A stretch of 64,000 nt of DNA from Takakia lepidozioides (lineage: Eukaryota > Plantae > Bryophyta), in NCBI GenBank assembly GCA_030704615.1, contig CM060734.1:45880001-45944000 (forward strand), given 5' to 3'. The translations under genes were made by a program, and so were the position numbers. The notes under the pieces were generated by a model, which had not been told where the DNA came from, ran no database searches, and saw only the letters and a program-made list of their open reading frames with translations. Every line of letters starts with the position of its first letter. Positions within the stretch are counted from its first letter, which is position 1. Shown here piece after piece: positions 24,401 to 37,176 of the stretch.

Positions 24401-27400
24401 GCAACTGCAATTCTTATCATAAAGTATGAGTACAGTGGTCTGGCACCGCCAGTCAATATTGCCCCCATGACACCAAACAAACCTTGTGGCCAATAACGTA
24501 AACTTAATCTCAATATGCGGAGAAGTGGCGAAGTTGTTGTCAATGGTGTTGGCTCTGTGTACATAAGTTTGCTCGTGGAGATTTGACGAGCCGCGGCCAT
24601 GTCCGCACTGTTTGGCTTATACTCTTCTCCAAAAACCATGGGGCTTGAAGTACCAGGATAGATTTCTTCCGAGAGGAAGATGTTGTCTATATATGCAAGA
24701 GATCCCAGCACATGAGCCGGTGACCATGTTGTGCCCATGACTGTTGATGAGAAACTCATACCGTATATGTATGGTGAAGGTGAGTCTGGGATAGGAGAAC
24801 TTGCGACAGAACTAGATTGATACTTGGGTTGGGAGATAAATTTTTGTTGATTCAGTCCTCTGCATGCATATCAGGAACAATCGTCACGCATGTACTGGAG
24901 CCCAAAATAGGAAAACCGGCCCATTGCATGTTCGACTTTCATGTGCACCATCTTCACATAGAAGGATACTAGATACCATGATGTAAACAAGAGTAATAAA
25001 GAAAAACTTGATGTCCATGTCCTGAAAATGGAGACAAGGATATAGATAGAATAGCCTATCGATCGAAAAGTGAAAAGGTTAGTACTGTAGAAAACAGTAT
25101 TAAAGCATTTGAAAAATATTTGTAAGGCAGACTAGCTTGGCCAATCAATTTACCTGGAATCTTGGGTACTGATGGATGGAATATGGTCAGGGGCCTTGTC
25201 CTCTCCTTGCAAGCGAATCATACTAATGTACATGCTACTACCTGCTTCTTGTGCCATGAGCTCTACATGTGTCCCCGATTCCACGATCTGGCCTTTGTCC
25301 ACCACTGCTATAGTATTTGCATGGCGAATAGTGGAGAGGCGGTGGGCAATAATAATGGTAGTGCGGCCAAGCATCAATCCGTCGAGTGCCCCTTGAACGA
25401 TATGCTCCGACTGCGCATCAAGGGCACTAGTGGCTTCATCTAGAAGTAGGATGGCTGGATTTTTCAGTAAAGCCCTGGCAATGGCCACACGTTGCTTTTG
25501 CCCTCCTGAGAGTTGAGTTCCCCTCTCTCCAACCTACATTTGTTCAGGTCATTTTGTGGATTTACTCACAAAATCAAGTATGTAATTAGTGGATTTTATC
25601 ACTGGATGATCTCAGGGTTAAACCCCTCTTTCAAACATGGAACAAATTTTTTGTTCTCAAACTTAAAGAAATGATAGTTCAGTCGACTCTAGATGGAAGA
25701 TTTACATTGCCTGCGAGCCAAGTAATTTGTACCTGTGTGTCATACTTGTCGGGTAGCTGCATAATGAAATCATGTGCATTGGCAACTTTTGTAGCCATCT
25801 CAGCTTCTTCAAGGCTTGCATTAGCTTTTCCATACATAATGTTCTCTCTGATGCTGGTAGCAAACAACGCAGGTTCCTGTCCTACAAAGCCGATCTGGCT
25901 ACGTAGCCACTTCAAGTCCAACCTTTTGATGTTATATCCATCTACCAATATCTCTCCTGCACATGGATTGTAATCCGCATTGTTAAGTCCAATGGGTATA
26001 ACTAAAGTTGGGAAGAAGACTTAAAATACAACTCTAGATTCACGTAAGTAGATTGACGTGAAGGTGGAGGTGTTATACGCAATTCAAATCGTCTTATGTA
26101 TTCAACTTGTGTTTACCTCAAGACAACATTAATTACGTAAATAATATGGACCTTCCGATCACTACACACCTTTGACGGGATCATAGAAGCGTTCAACCAA
26201 TGAGAGCACAGTGCTCTTTCCAGATCCACTGCTCCCAACAAGTGCAAGGGATTTGCCTGTAGGAACCTCCAATGAGAAGCCTTTGAAGATAGGTGCATCC
26301 GGACGAGCAGGGTATGCGAAGTGCACATTTCGAAACTGAATTCTTCCATCAACCGCCTTCAATGTAATTGCGTCTTGTTCTGAGATAATGCTCGGTTTCC
26401 GTTTAATGATCTTCAAGACTTTACAAAATGCAAGTCTGGCGATCCTAAATGCCTGCAAGTCTGGTGCTGCGAGTACCAATGACCTGTACATGATGCAACA
26501 TAGCAAATCAGTCTAATTATCTAGCTTTTGTACTTAAGAAGTGCGAGTTGTAACCATACTTGTGAAGATACATGTATGCGCACACGCTCCTTTTGACATA
26601 TGAAAATTCCTGAAAAGTTACTATGCTCTCACATGAGTCCGTGTTTGGTCTGCATTGAGGATTGAGAAGAACATAATATTTGAAGTTTCAAGGAATTATG
26701 CACATGATCTTATGTATTTGTTATGACATGCCATCTCTCAAGTTACTTAATACCATATTGCATTTAATTACGCAAATTGGAAGCAGGATATACTTGGTTA
26801 CATGTTACTCACAAGCCACCATAGCTGACACTGAGGATACAGACTAGAACGTTGCCGGTGCCATTGCGACCACCTCTGATCATACGCCCCCCAAACCAGT
26901 ATAGCAAACCCCAAGAGCAGTTTGTCACACCCAAGATGAAACCCAAGCCCAACCCTTTTGCCAGTCCAGCCTTTTTCTCAATTTGAAGGGTACTGGAAAG
27001 AGCAGTTGAGAAACTGGTCATCGCCTTCATCTCCCCGACATATGAATACACAGTGCGTATTTGGGATAAGGTCTGTCAATCCCATGATAAATTTGTACTT
27101 GTTATCTTGTTCAAAAGATGGGATGGAACTAGTCACTCAAAGATCAGCTATATATATCCATCTCAAAGTATAACATGCTTCTAATCGATACAAATTATTT
27201 TGAGGCCCTCAAAATCCAACAAAATGAAAATATGTGTTCTGCAATCCAGGTAGACTAGTTTCAGTGAAGTCAGTGACCACAAGATGTGAAAGAGATTTCC
27301 AACATTATACTAGCTATCAGCTAACTTATAACTATATTTCAATCATACCTGCTTAGCAATGCCCCCAGCATCAGCATAGGCTGCAAAAGTTTTCTTGCTC

Positions 27401-30400
27401 ATATTCATAACGATTCGGCCATAGATAGCGCTCGATCCGATAAGGAGAGGAACAATGGATAGATTGACCAGTGTAACTTGCCAACAGTAGTAGAAGCCAA
27501 TACAAACTGTGAGAATAAATGCAGCAAGTTGGCAAATGAAGTGTCCCATTTGCATCAAGAGAAGATGGAACGTCAATAAGATCATATATGAACTATCATG
27601 TATATCAATATTTTTCTAGTTCAGATTTTTGTCATGATTCTTGCTCTCCAAATTCTCTTGAGATTCTTGCTCCACCCAGACTGGGCGCGGGGTCTATAGC
27701 CACAAGGCTAAGTTAAACAAACAACGTCGTATGCGTACATCGGTAGTTTGATTTCTTTTTGTCAATGTATCTAGCTCTATGAGATTTTCTTTCTCATCTT
27801 GGGGACAATTTTACCCATTTGTACAGTGACCCCACTTGGGTCTTTTTATAAAACTATGCGGCAATAAGATCTCTTCGATTCTTGTCATGATGTCCAATAT
27901 CACAATCTTGGAACATAAAACTCTTTTGTGTTGATCAATGTCCGATATGACATCGAGCGGTCATGGGTTCAAAACCACATACATGTATGTTGGATATCAC
28001 CAATTATGGCCAACCCAGCTATAAAAGGGGTGTAGCTAGGTCAACGATAACTACTTATGTAATGTTAATGTGTGGGTACTTGGGAGTCCTTGGGAAGGGT
28101 TGGGTAACCGAGTTGCCAAGTTAGAAAATGTCCACCTTCCAATTCCAATGACGAAGGCTTTCCTTGGGGGTCAAGGCTTTGTAAATGTCATATACCACCT
28201 GCGAACATTGGGTATTTTAAAAATTCCATATAACGTAACTTTTACAAATTTAAAAATGTTATATATATATCTATATATGTATGTATCGTCTTAAAACTTA
28301 AATAATTGAAGTATGTAATATTGTAAAAAGTAGGTTGTTAAGATACACCCTTATGTAAAGTATCATATTAGTTTAGTTTATAACGTGATATAAAGAAACA
28401 AATAATGTTAGTTTTAAGTCTTACAATGGAGTAAATTTAAAACCAGACATGCGACTATCATAAACATACCCGTTTTGTAAGTTATGATTCACTGAAAAAG
28501 TAACCCCCTTCAGTATTTGTATTTTTGTAATTAAATGGCTTTAAAGGTCTCTTTCTAGTACATACATTTGTTTGCAGGTGACGTGTTACATCTCAAAGTG
28601 AATCCCGCGAGAGGCTTTCGGGGGTGAAGTGATACCATAAGTTACGGTTGCTTAGGCACAAGGCTTCCTCCTTCATCAGCGGGATTCTATTTTCGCTGAC
28701 GCGGCCGTAGTTTGGGCAACTTGGTGGCCGTAATTTTCCCAATGACCCAAAGGCCCATTATAAGTAATCAATGGGTTATAAAGTAATGCATGGGCTAGAC
28801 CCGAGAGTAATGGCCATGGTAGGGTACTAGAGAATGTACCTTCTCTCCAATGGCTTCTTGCACCAAGTTGATATCAGTGGTGATGTTCCCTAGGATTTCG
28901 GTTGTGTTGGCACCTGTATCAAAGTATCCAACTTCCTGTTTTAAAACTGCCGAAAGAAACTTTGAGCGTAGCCGGGCACATTGTCGTTCGCTAGTGTGCA
29001 TCCAACAAGCAACCTCTGCATCATTGGAACAGTAAAACTCTAATGAGTTTTCTAGGACTTTTACATATCCGCCAGTATTTTAAACTGCAAGGAAATTTCG
29101 AACACCAAATTTCAAGGGCAAAAAATTATAAAGTCGCCAATTGTTAGGTCTCTTGGATAACTAAATTGTTGTCATTCAAGTGTTTAAAATTTGGTTTGGC
29201 AATCCAGTACAACCAGATGTTGGCTAATAGCTAGTCTACTCATAGTTCTCATGACTATGTTGGTCTTGTTGTCTGCTGGCGCCCAACGATGAGATCATGG
29301 AGGAGCTTGAACAACAAAACATTTAATTATATGGAACTGTCATGATTTTGTCGATATAACTATGCATTCTCTTCACTGATAATTAATCTTTCTCAGAAGA
29401 TTTAGCCTAGAAGTTTACTCACCAAGAAATGGAGTAACAAGACCCACACAACCTAGATAAGTCAATGTTAATGCCATCTGCACAGTTACCATACCACATT
29501 ATCAGTGACAAGTGACAAAATCAATATTCAAAGTCATAATTATCTATCTATGAGTTAATGCAGTAAGCCTTGATCAACAAAACTTACGTTCAAAGGGCTG
29601 ACAACATCGGCGCTCAGGTGTGCATTTCCCTCTAAAAGAGTTTTGAGTTTGGCCCATCAGCCTGATGCACTCAATGGTTCACTCTAAAATTCACTGCTCT
29701 TGACCATGTCAGGCACAGGTTTTGGCATACTTTTTGGCTCTACATATCACTTGATTCCATGCACATGAAACATGATTCATACAATTTATCTTTGGCATCT
29801 CGGATGTACCTGTAAGGTGGCTGTTGCCACTGTGCCTTTTTCATCATCTGCATGTTCATTCAAAGAACCAAAGACCTTTCCAAAGATAACGAACACAATA
29901 GGACTCATCACACCCCTACCCACTGCTCCAATTGTGCCAATAAACATGAGCACCAAATCCAACTTGGTTGCAAACGAGAACAACGCGAAGAACGACACTT
30001 TGTTTGGGTCCGACTTCCTTTTACTCTCCTTGACTCTCACTTCATCTTCGTCTTTTTTGAACAACGTAGATAGCATGAAATCTCCTTCTTCATCACATTC
30101 ATGTGCATACTTGTTGTTCACCAAACTTTTAGTACATTTGATATCAACAGCCGCCATAACTGTAGCTTCGTAATCAGAAAGCTTGATGCCTGATGATTCT
30201 GCATGGAAAAAACCGGATAGACAACAAAGTTTAATAAATACCTAGTATGATTACTTGGATGTTGGAGTTCTAGATGCCCACTTGGGTACTGACGGATTTC
30301 AGTAAGAAGGAAATTCACGTAGAAAAAAACAATTTCCAAGTTTGGCCCGGGGCAAAGTTTAAGATCACAAATGTCATCGTACCTTTGTTGAAGTGGACGT

Positions 30401-30590
30401 AGTATCTTCCAGGCCCTAGGATATCTTCCCCTATTAGGGCTGGACCATATGCTTTTTTATTCTCATCCCATGCATTCAGGTACCCATTTCCTGCACCGAG
30501 CACTTGGAGGATTGAGTGGGCGGATTTTGGTGCAATAAATTTCTTGATCATGTTGCGCCCATCTCCTAGATACACACAAATTGTTGACAT
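21476..30590 (-). pseudogene. ABCB: Full-size ABCB (MDR/P-glycoprotein) transporter, TMD-NBD-TMD-NBD, with disabling lesions
   Basis: VSFFALFSFATKLDLVLMFIGTIGA. NBD1: [37 protein letters not shown]2: [23 protein letters not shown]. Lesions: in-frame TAG at 22196-22198 just before the NBD2 Walker A, frameshift/stop near 21890, acceptor reading AA instead of AG near 27550. Core begins MAAVDI at 30157; possible upstream exon 30590-30383. Confidence 0.88.
23007..23730. mobile_element. hAT-like MITE in an ABCB intron
   Basis: TIRs CAGGGTTGACTGGACCAAAA / TTTTGGTCCACTCAACCCTG, AT-rich interior with repeated TGGAC; no TSD recognised. Confidence 0.55.
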
Positions 30591-31491
30591 GCTTCGCAAC
30601 TTTCAGCCAACCTCCTATCACACAGACACACCATTTCAAATGCGAGAGATTATTTTCTATGCGAATGCTCAAACTTGACCTCATAAGGTAACTATATTCA
30701 TGAGAGAGCATTTCCAATGGATTCACTTTTGCTGTATATGTGCACCGTCTCTCTTCCCTTTAGAGATCTCACCGATCTCCCATATCCTCACCCTTTGTCA
30801 TGCGAGTCATTTATCTATCACTTATAGTTTTCCCTCTAATACATGTTACAGTCCATTCCCTCCTTTGCAGATTCATTCTTTCAACTCCTAACTAAGTCCT
30901 CATCAAATGACGGAGTGATTTATGGGGAATGTTGAAGTCCATGTGGAGGTGGACCCCCGATTTTTATGTTAGTAATCTTCGATATTCTTGTAGTAACTAA
31001 CACTAACTTTTTTGGCTAGAATGTACATCAATGCGGCCATACATGCTTTTGTACGCGGTAAATTATCTATTGGGCACACACATGACTAAAGAATGTATCG
31101 GTCTAAACAAGAACGACTTACCAGATGCCAATACCAAGAGAACACAAGCCGTAATCAAAACTCCATGTTGCAAGATATGAGTTCAATAACACGTTCGTAG
31201 TCCATTTGTGCAAAAGCTTGATCTGCAGTGAACTGATTGAAGAAGTCTATATAGAACCTGTCATTGATTAGATCTGTTCCTTCGTGACCTCCAAGGATCC
31301 ACAAGGCAACCCGACCTAGCTAAACGCCCCAAGTATGTAGAGCATGAGTGAGTATGGATCAGTTGACCGACACTGTAGAATACATCTCAGGCTTCCTCCA
31401 ACTAGACATAACTCTCATCTTAGATCAGCAGTCATAATATAGACTTGATCAACGACTATAAACGCATTCAATCCACATACAAACCTCCTAA

Positions 31492-31888
31492 GAGCATCTC
31501 CACGGTGCCACGACACTTGCCCCAAAACGACAATCTACCGGCGTGGGGTCCAAAAAAGTGCTCCACGGTTGGCTCAGCCCGGCAGATTTGCTGCCGGCCC
31601 CACCTTAATCTTGCCTCGTGCTCGACACTTTTGCCAATTATACCGGGACCCTGCCAACCATGCTACATTAAACTTGAGTTGTTTGGGAGTTGATGCGATA
31701 TGATGTCCTCGGTCAACGCGCCCAGATTGTGATCGTGCGGCGGGTCTCCCCCGGGGACTATCTCTGCCGTGTCTCTCGTACCGTCCCAACCGTGGAGTGT
31801 CATCCAACCAATCATTGTAAAAAATACCGTCGCCCCTGTAACCAGGATACATAACGTTTGATGGGCCGTGCTCACCGTGGAGATGCTC
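31492..31888. mobile_element. PIF/Harbinger (Tourist-like) MITE
   Basis: Perfect TIR GAGCATCTCCACGGTG / CACCGTGGAGATGCTC with TAA target-site duplication (31489-31491 and 31889-31891). Confidence 0.92.
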
Positions 31889-32648
31889 TAAGGATGAGAC
31901 AGTAAGTACTACAATAAATTGCATATTACATAGACAGAGATCAAGATTGTTATTTATAGGTGTTGAATTGCAATCATTACTCACTGTTTACACCCTAATA
32001 TCATAAATCACTGCACAACTTGATTGATCATGATGGCACAGTTTCCATGACGCACAATATACCACGGATCTACCTCGAGAAATTTTGTTTTTTGTGCGTT
32101 TGATGGGATGCCCCCACGCACGAATTTGTCATTACCGATCCGCATCATTTGATTGTCTCCACATAAAACAAATTAAAATTATTTTGTTTAAGTCTGTTGA
32201 TCTCACTATCATAAACTATATAGAGTTAGTTAGATGATTGTGTTTCATTTTTATTTTCTGGTCAAAGAATAAATGAATGTATATTTACATTTTCCTTTAA
32301 CCAATACGACCACTCTATGGCGAGAATTGCTCCCCTGGCATCCACGTGGTCATAAGACAAAACGCTGGCTATCATTATTAAAGTTATCCATTAAATCCCA
32401 CCGTGTTTGACCCTATGATCCATCCCCACATGCCTCTTTGGTGGGCAGTTTGAGCCTACCCGTTAAGTCGAGTAAACTCGGCACAAGTGAAAAAATTGGG
32501 GATAGGACCAGCCTACAAGTAGCATAGCTCTGTGTTACGTGGGAAGATCAACGTGATGGCAACGTGGCCCCGCGTCAGGCTCATCCACGTGTCCAATGGT
32601 GGGGTGTGGGGGCACCGATGCGAAGGGCCCAACGACGAGCATGGAGCT

Positions 32649-33013
32649 TGTCATGGTTTTAGTCATGGTTAACTAGAATTACCTACTTCTAGTTAACTAG
32701 GATATTTTGGATATTCATATTTGTATTTTGTGTGTTGGGACTTCATTTGGTCTCACATGCCAAGTGAGGTGTCAAACCTCACTTGGGACATGGGGATGGG
32801 TTTTCCCTTGTGAGGGTTGAGGAGGGCTCATCTTCTTGTAGTTGAGCCTCCATGAGCCTCTCCCACCTCCATAGCTCTAGGTATTGAGAAAGAGTGTGGT
32901 GAGGGCTTTGTAGGGTGGATTCCCTTAGCAAAGGTACCATTGGCTTGACTTAGTTTATGTGATTGAGTGGATTCATGAGTGGAGTGTTTCCCTTGTGTTC
33001 ATTTTCATTATCA
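32649..33013 (+). repeat. LTR segment A, copy 1
   Basis: TG...CA, 365 bp; about 9 substitutions and 1 indel versus 48921-49286 by manual count. Confidence 0.95.
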
Positions 33014-34249
33014 CTACAAGAAGATGATCTTATGCTTGTGAGTGCGGAGTGTAAGGGTTAGTTTAGCACTTGTGTGTTGAAGAGCTTGGGAAGATAGCTC
33101 TTGTGTTGCAAGGTGTTGCATATATTGCAAAGGAAAATCCTTATGGTGTTAGGGCTTTGAGAGATATTGTTTTGCCCTAAGGAGGTAGAGAGCTCAAAGA
33201 TGGAGCTCTTGTAGATCACAAGCCTTTGCAAAGAAAGGTACTTGTGGTGTTACACCAAGGTGTTGGAGAGCTCAAGAAGGAGCTTGTTGCCACAAGATTT
33301 GCAATGATTGCAAGAGGGAAGTCTTGTGTGTGTGGAACCATGGTTTCTAGGGTTTGAGAATCTTTTCAATGCATTATGGAGTCAATGGTGTGTGCCATGG
33401 CTTGTGGAGAGCAACTAAATGATTGTTAGTACTCATGTCACTATCAATCTAGGGTTAAGCAAGCTCAATTGTGGATGTTGTGGAAGAGAAGCCAAGGAGC
33501 TACATAGGCTTGGGCTTGAAGACAACAAGGGCAAACACTTGGAGAGCATTAGGAAGCTCAAGAGGTTTGAAGGGAAGCATATGGGTGAAAATTCTATCCA
33601 TGATGATGTGAAACCAAGCCTAGAGCATTGAAGAGCTTGGAGCACATGTGAGAGATCATTGGAGGTGGTCTTCATGAAGAAAAGAGATTGTGGCTCAAGG
33701 CATGTATAGCAACTTCAACCATACATTAGCATGTGACAAGACAAGGAATGGGAAGGTGAAGCTTATGTATTCATTCCCATTTGGCTTAAGTTTTATGGTG
33801 GATGGTTGATCAAGCAAGTGATGCTTATGTGGAGCATGCTTCCCAAGTGTGGCTTCCAATTTCAAGCTTGAGGAGAGCTAGAAGGTAAAGGGAGCAAGTT
33901 GATTCCTTTGTGTATGAGGTGATGCATGTGTGGAGCATGTTTTTGGCTTGAGCTTTGCAATTTCAAGCTTGAGAGGAGTGGCTCTTGAGCTAGCAAGTGA
34001 ATGGAGCTTGAATGACCAAGGCTTGAGAGGAGACAAGGCTTGGTGGCTTGCCAAAGGAGGTACAAGCTTGATTTTGAGTTCCAATGAGAAATTGAGCTTG
34101 TTGTGTGGCCAATGCATTGCTAGTTGAGTTGGAGACAAACTTGAGTAGCTTAAGGTGAAGAAGATCAAGGGAATTTGCCTTGGTACCCCGTAGAATTCAT
34201 GGATGCTTGAGGGGATTAAGCATAGAGCCCCAAGGAGCACAAACCCTAG

Positions 34250-34900
34250 CTTGGTAAGGCTAAACCTCAAGGAAATAGAGGGGGAAGTGGCTAAAGCTTA
34301 GGGGGAAATGGCTAAACCCTAAGGGGAAATGAACTACTCTATGAGAGGGAAATGGCTATTCCAAGGGGAAAATGGCTATTCCTAAGAGGAATACAAAGGG
34401 AATACGTATAGGCCCAGGGGAATACTAGGGGAATACTATGGCATATTCTTGGGAATATTCTTAGAGAACTTTGGGAACCTATTGGGAACTTATTGGGAAC
34501 CCATTGGGAACTTGGTGATATAGGAAGAGTCCTTGGAGGACTATTTGGGGTCCTTGGAGGACCATTGGGGGACCATTGGGAGTTCTTGGAGGACTGTTTA
34601 GAGGACCATTGGGAGTCTTTGCAGGACTATTTGGAAGACCATTGTGAGTCCTTGGAGGACTGTTTGGGGTCCTTGGAGGCCAATATTTGGCGAGCTTGAG
34701 GAGTCTTTGGCGACTTGTGTGAGGGACTATTGGGAACCTCGAGGGCTAAGTTTTGGCAGGCTCTTGGGGCCTTGGTGTACTGTTTTGGAGTCCCATCATG
34801 CAAGGATTGGGAGCCTTAGTGAGATTGTTTGAGAGACATATTCTTGAGGGCTCCTGGAGAGTTATTTGAGAGACCCTTGAAAGGTAGTCTTGTCTATTGT
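34250..34900. repeat. Degenerate short tandem repeats in the element 5' UTR
   Basis: Recurrent GGGGAAATGGCTA, GGGAATACT and TTGGAGGAC(C/T)ATT units. Confidence 0.6.
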
Positions 34901-35476
34901 TCAAGCAAGAGAGTGTGGAGATAGGGTAGTGGGATGAGGGCATGCTGGGATTAGGAATTGCTTTAGTCTCTCTTCCTTGTAGTCTTTCACCCTCTCTGTA
35001 GGCCAAAACATTTCCGTAGGTGGAGGCAAGAGTCAGTCCGGGTTTGGGCTGGGGTGTCATTGCAGGAACGACACTGTGGAGTGTTTTTGGTGTGGGGGAG
35101 TTGCCGTCTTGATTTTCTTGTGTTTGGATCCCCTCCACACTTGCATGCTTGACTGTGCGCCATGTCAGCTTTGTGTGGGCGCTTGTTTTCATAGGAGGTT
35201 GGTCCAGATTTGATCACCGGTCAATCCTAGAGCGTGCTGTCGGTGGTGAGGCTGGGGTGATGACCAGTCAGACCATCATTGTTTCTCTTATGGTGAGGCT
35301 GGGTTGATGACCAGCAGACCATAGGAGTGTTTGCGGTGGATGCAGATGCAGGTTTATGTTACGAACCTAGTAGTCTAAGCCATAAGCTGCAACAGGTTCT
35401 CTACCCGGTTACCTTGTGGAAAGGGGGATTAGAGACAGGTTTACAACAGGTGTGGTTGTGAGTTTTCATCACGGAG

Positions 35477-37176
35477 GTGCCACCAATTGCTGAGGAGAGT
35501 GCCGGTACGAGCACCAGTGATACTAGTGGGTATACAAGACGAGGTGTGCGGTTTAGGCCACCTTCACCTTCAGTGTCTTCTGAGGAAGGTTCAGACTCGG
35601 AGTCAAGAGGATTCTCGCCGAGGGTGCAAGTCATTTCCGTGCCATTGTTGTGGGACACGATGGAGGAGATGTATGGAGCTATCAAGGGGCCACGTAGGTA
35701 CTCTGGAGCTGTAAGCACCATCGAGCTTGATGACTTCATACAAAAGTTTGATAGTTGGTGTGATTAGCAGTCCGTAATCCACAACTGTTTACGCCTTTTA
35801 TGGCGTGGAAGGGGCTATTTCAGCACCTTGAGGGGCCGCCCATGGATGACTACCATGAGTTTAGGCGGGGGCATGAGGTGGAGATTGAGGAATGGCGGAT
35901 GTATTGGTCACCTGACTATGTCTCCATCACTAGAGGCACAAGGGTAGTGGTGACACCGGCAGCTACACCGGCAGCTTCTACAAGCAGCAGTGGGACGTCA
36001 AGTGGAACAGGAGCTGGGAAGTCCACCCAAGCTCCTGCTGCAGCACCAACACCCGTGCCAGCCTTTAACCCAGTTGTGGAGCTCTTCGAGGAGTTAAGGA
36101 GAAACTACCAGGGGATAAAGACAGAGAAATTGCGGAGTTTGCAAGAGTTCCAACGAAAGCCTGCTGAGAGTTTAAGGGAGGCTTACACGCGCATGAGGCG
36201 CTTGATAAACGTAACCCAAGGGGTTACAGAAGCTCAAGCAGTCCAATTCTGGTATGGGATATTGGACAAGGAGCTGAGGAGAAGGGTGCTGGATGTAACT
36301 CTCCTACAAGTAGCCCAACCCACCTTAGCAAACGTGTTTTTGCTGGCAGAGCGGAAATAGCTTAATATGGTGGAGAAGCGAGTGGTCATGGTGGGGTTCG
36401 GTAAGGAGACACAACGAAGTGGGGCTCCTAGCCAAGAACAACCACTACCCCAACGTGCTCAAGGCAACAAAGGGGCTCAGGCGAAGCCCAAGGAAGGACA
36501 GAGAGGATCTCAATTGCAGAGGTCACTTCCTTCATTCTCAGGCCAACAACAGTCGGGAGTGACATGTTGGGATTGTGGAGGACCCCATGTTAAGAGAGAT
36601 TGCCCGGAGAGAGGCAAAGGGCCGGCACAGGCACAGCCTACACAACTACAGTGTAGGCATTGTGGCAAGTATGGGCATAAAGAGACCCATTGTTATGACT
36701 TGCATCCTGAGCTACGGCCAGGCCAGTTCCAAGGGAACAATGGTGGCCGAGGACAAGGCAATGTAGTCCAGAGAGGTAGAGGAGGCAGAGGAGGCAGAGG
36801 TCGTGGTGGAGGTCGTAACCAAAACCAAGGAGCACAGGGTCACAGTCAAGGTCATGACCAAGGCATGGTAGATAGGCTTGCCCAGCTAGAGCATCGTCTT
36901 GCTACCATGGCCAATACTCATGTTGCGCCAGCTCCAAGGCCTGAGGTTCAAGCCCCACATACACAACCTCCTATGCCTAGGGAAGACCATATTGGTATGG
37001 GCTTTATGTGTGGAGCCGCACTTGCAGGACCATTGTATGTGGACTCTGCAGCTGCTGTCACTCAAGCAGCAACGCGTGCTCCTGAGCCAAGAGGAGCGGA
37101 TGTGGATTTTGATCCACAAAGAGGGGAAACAAGTCGGCAGACAAGGCTTCCACAATCTTTGACATTGGCTGAGACA
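35477..37176 (+). pseudogene. Gag with two CCHC zinc knuckles (degenerate)
   Basis: Capsid-like FQRKPAESLREAYTRMRRL; knuckles CWDCGGPHVKRDC and CRHCGKYGHKETHC; RGG-rich tract; stops at 35765 and 36358. Confidence 0.85.

Noticed and set aside
28108-28724. Possible MITE with CCGAGTTGCC / GGCAACTTGG ends in an ABCB intron
   Set aside because: The inverted repeat is short and imperfect, and there is no TSD.
33012-33022. CACTACAAGAA as the start of another CACTA element
   Set aside because: No downstream inverted partner or TSD was found; it is better explained as the LTR end plus the self-complementary primer site.
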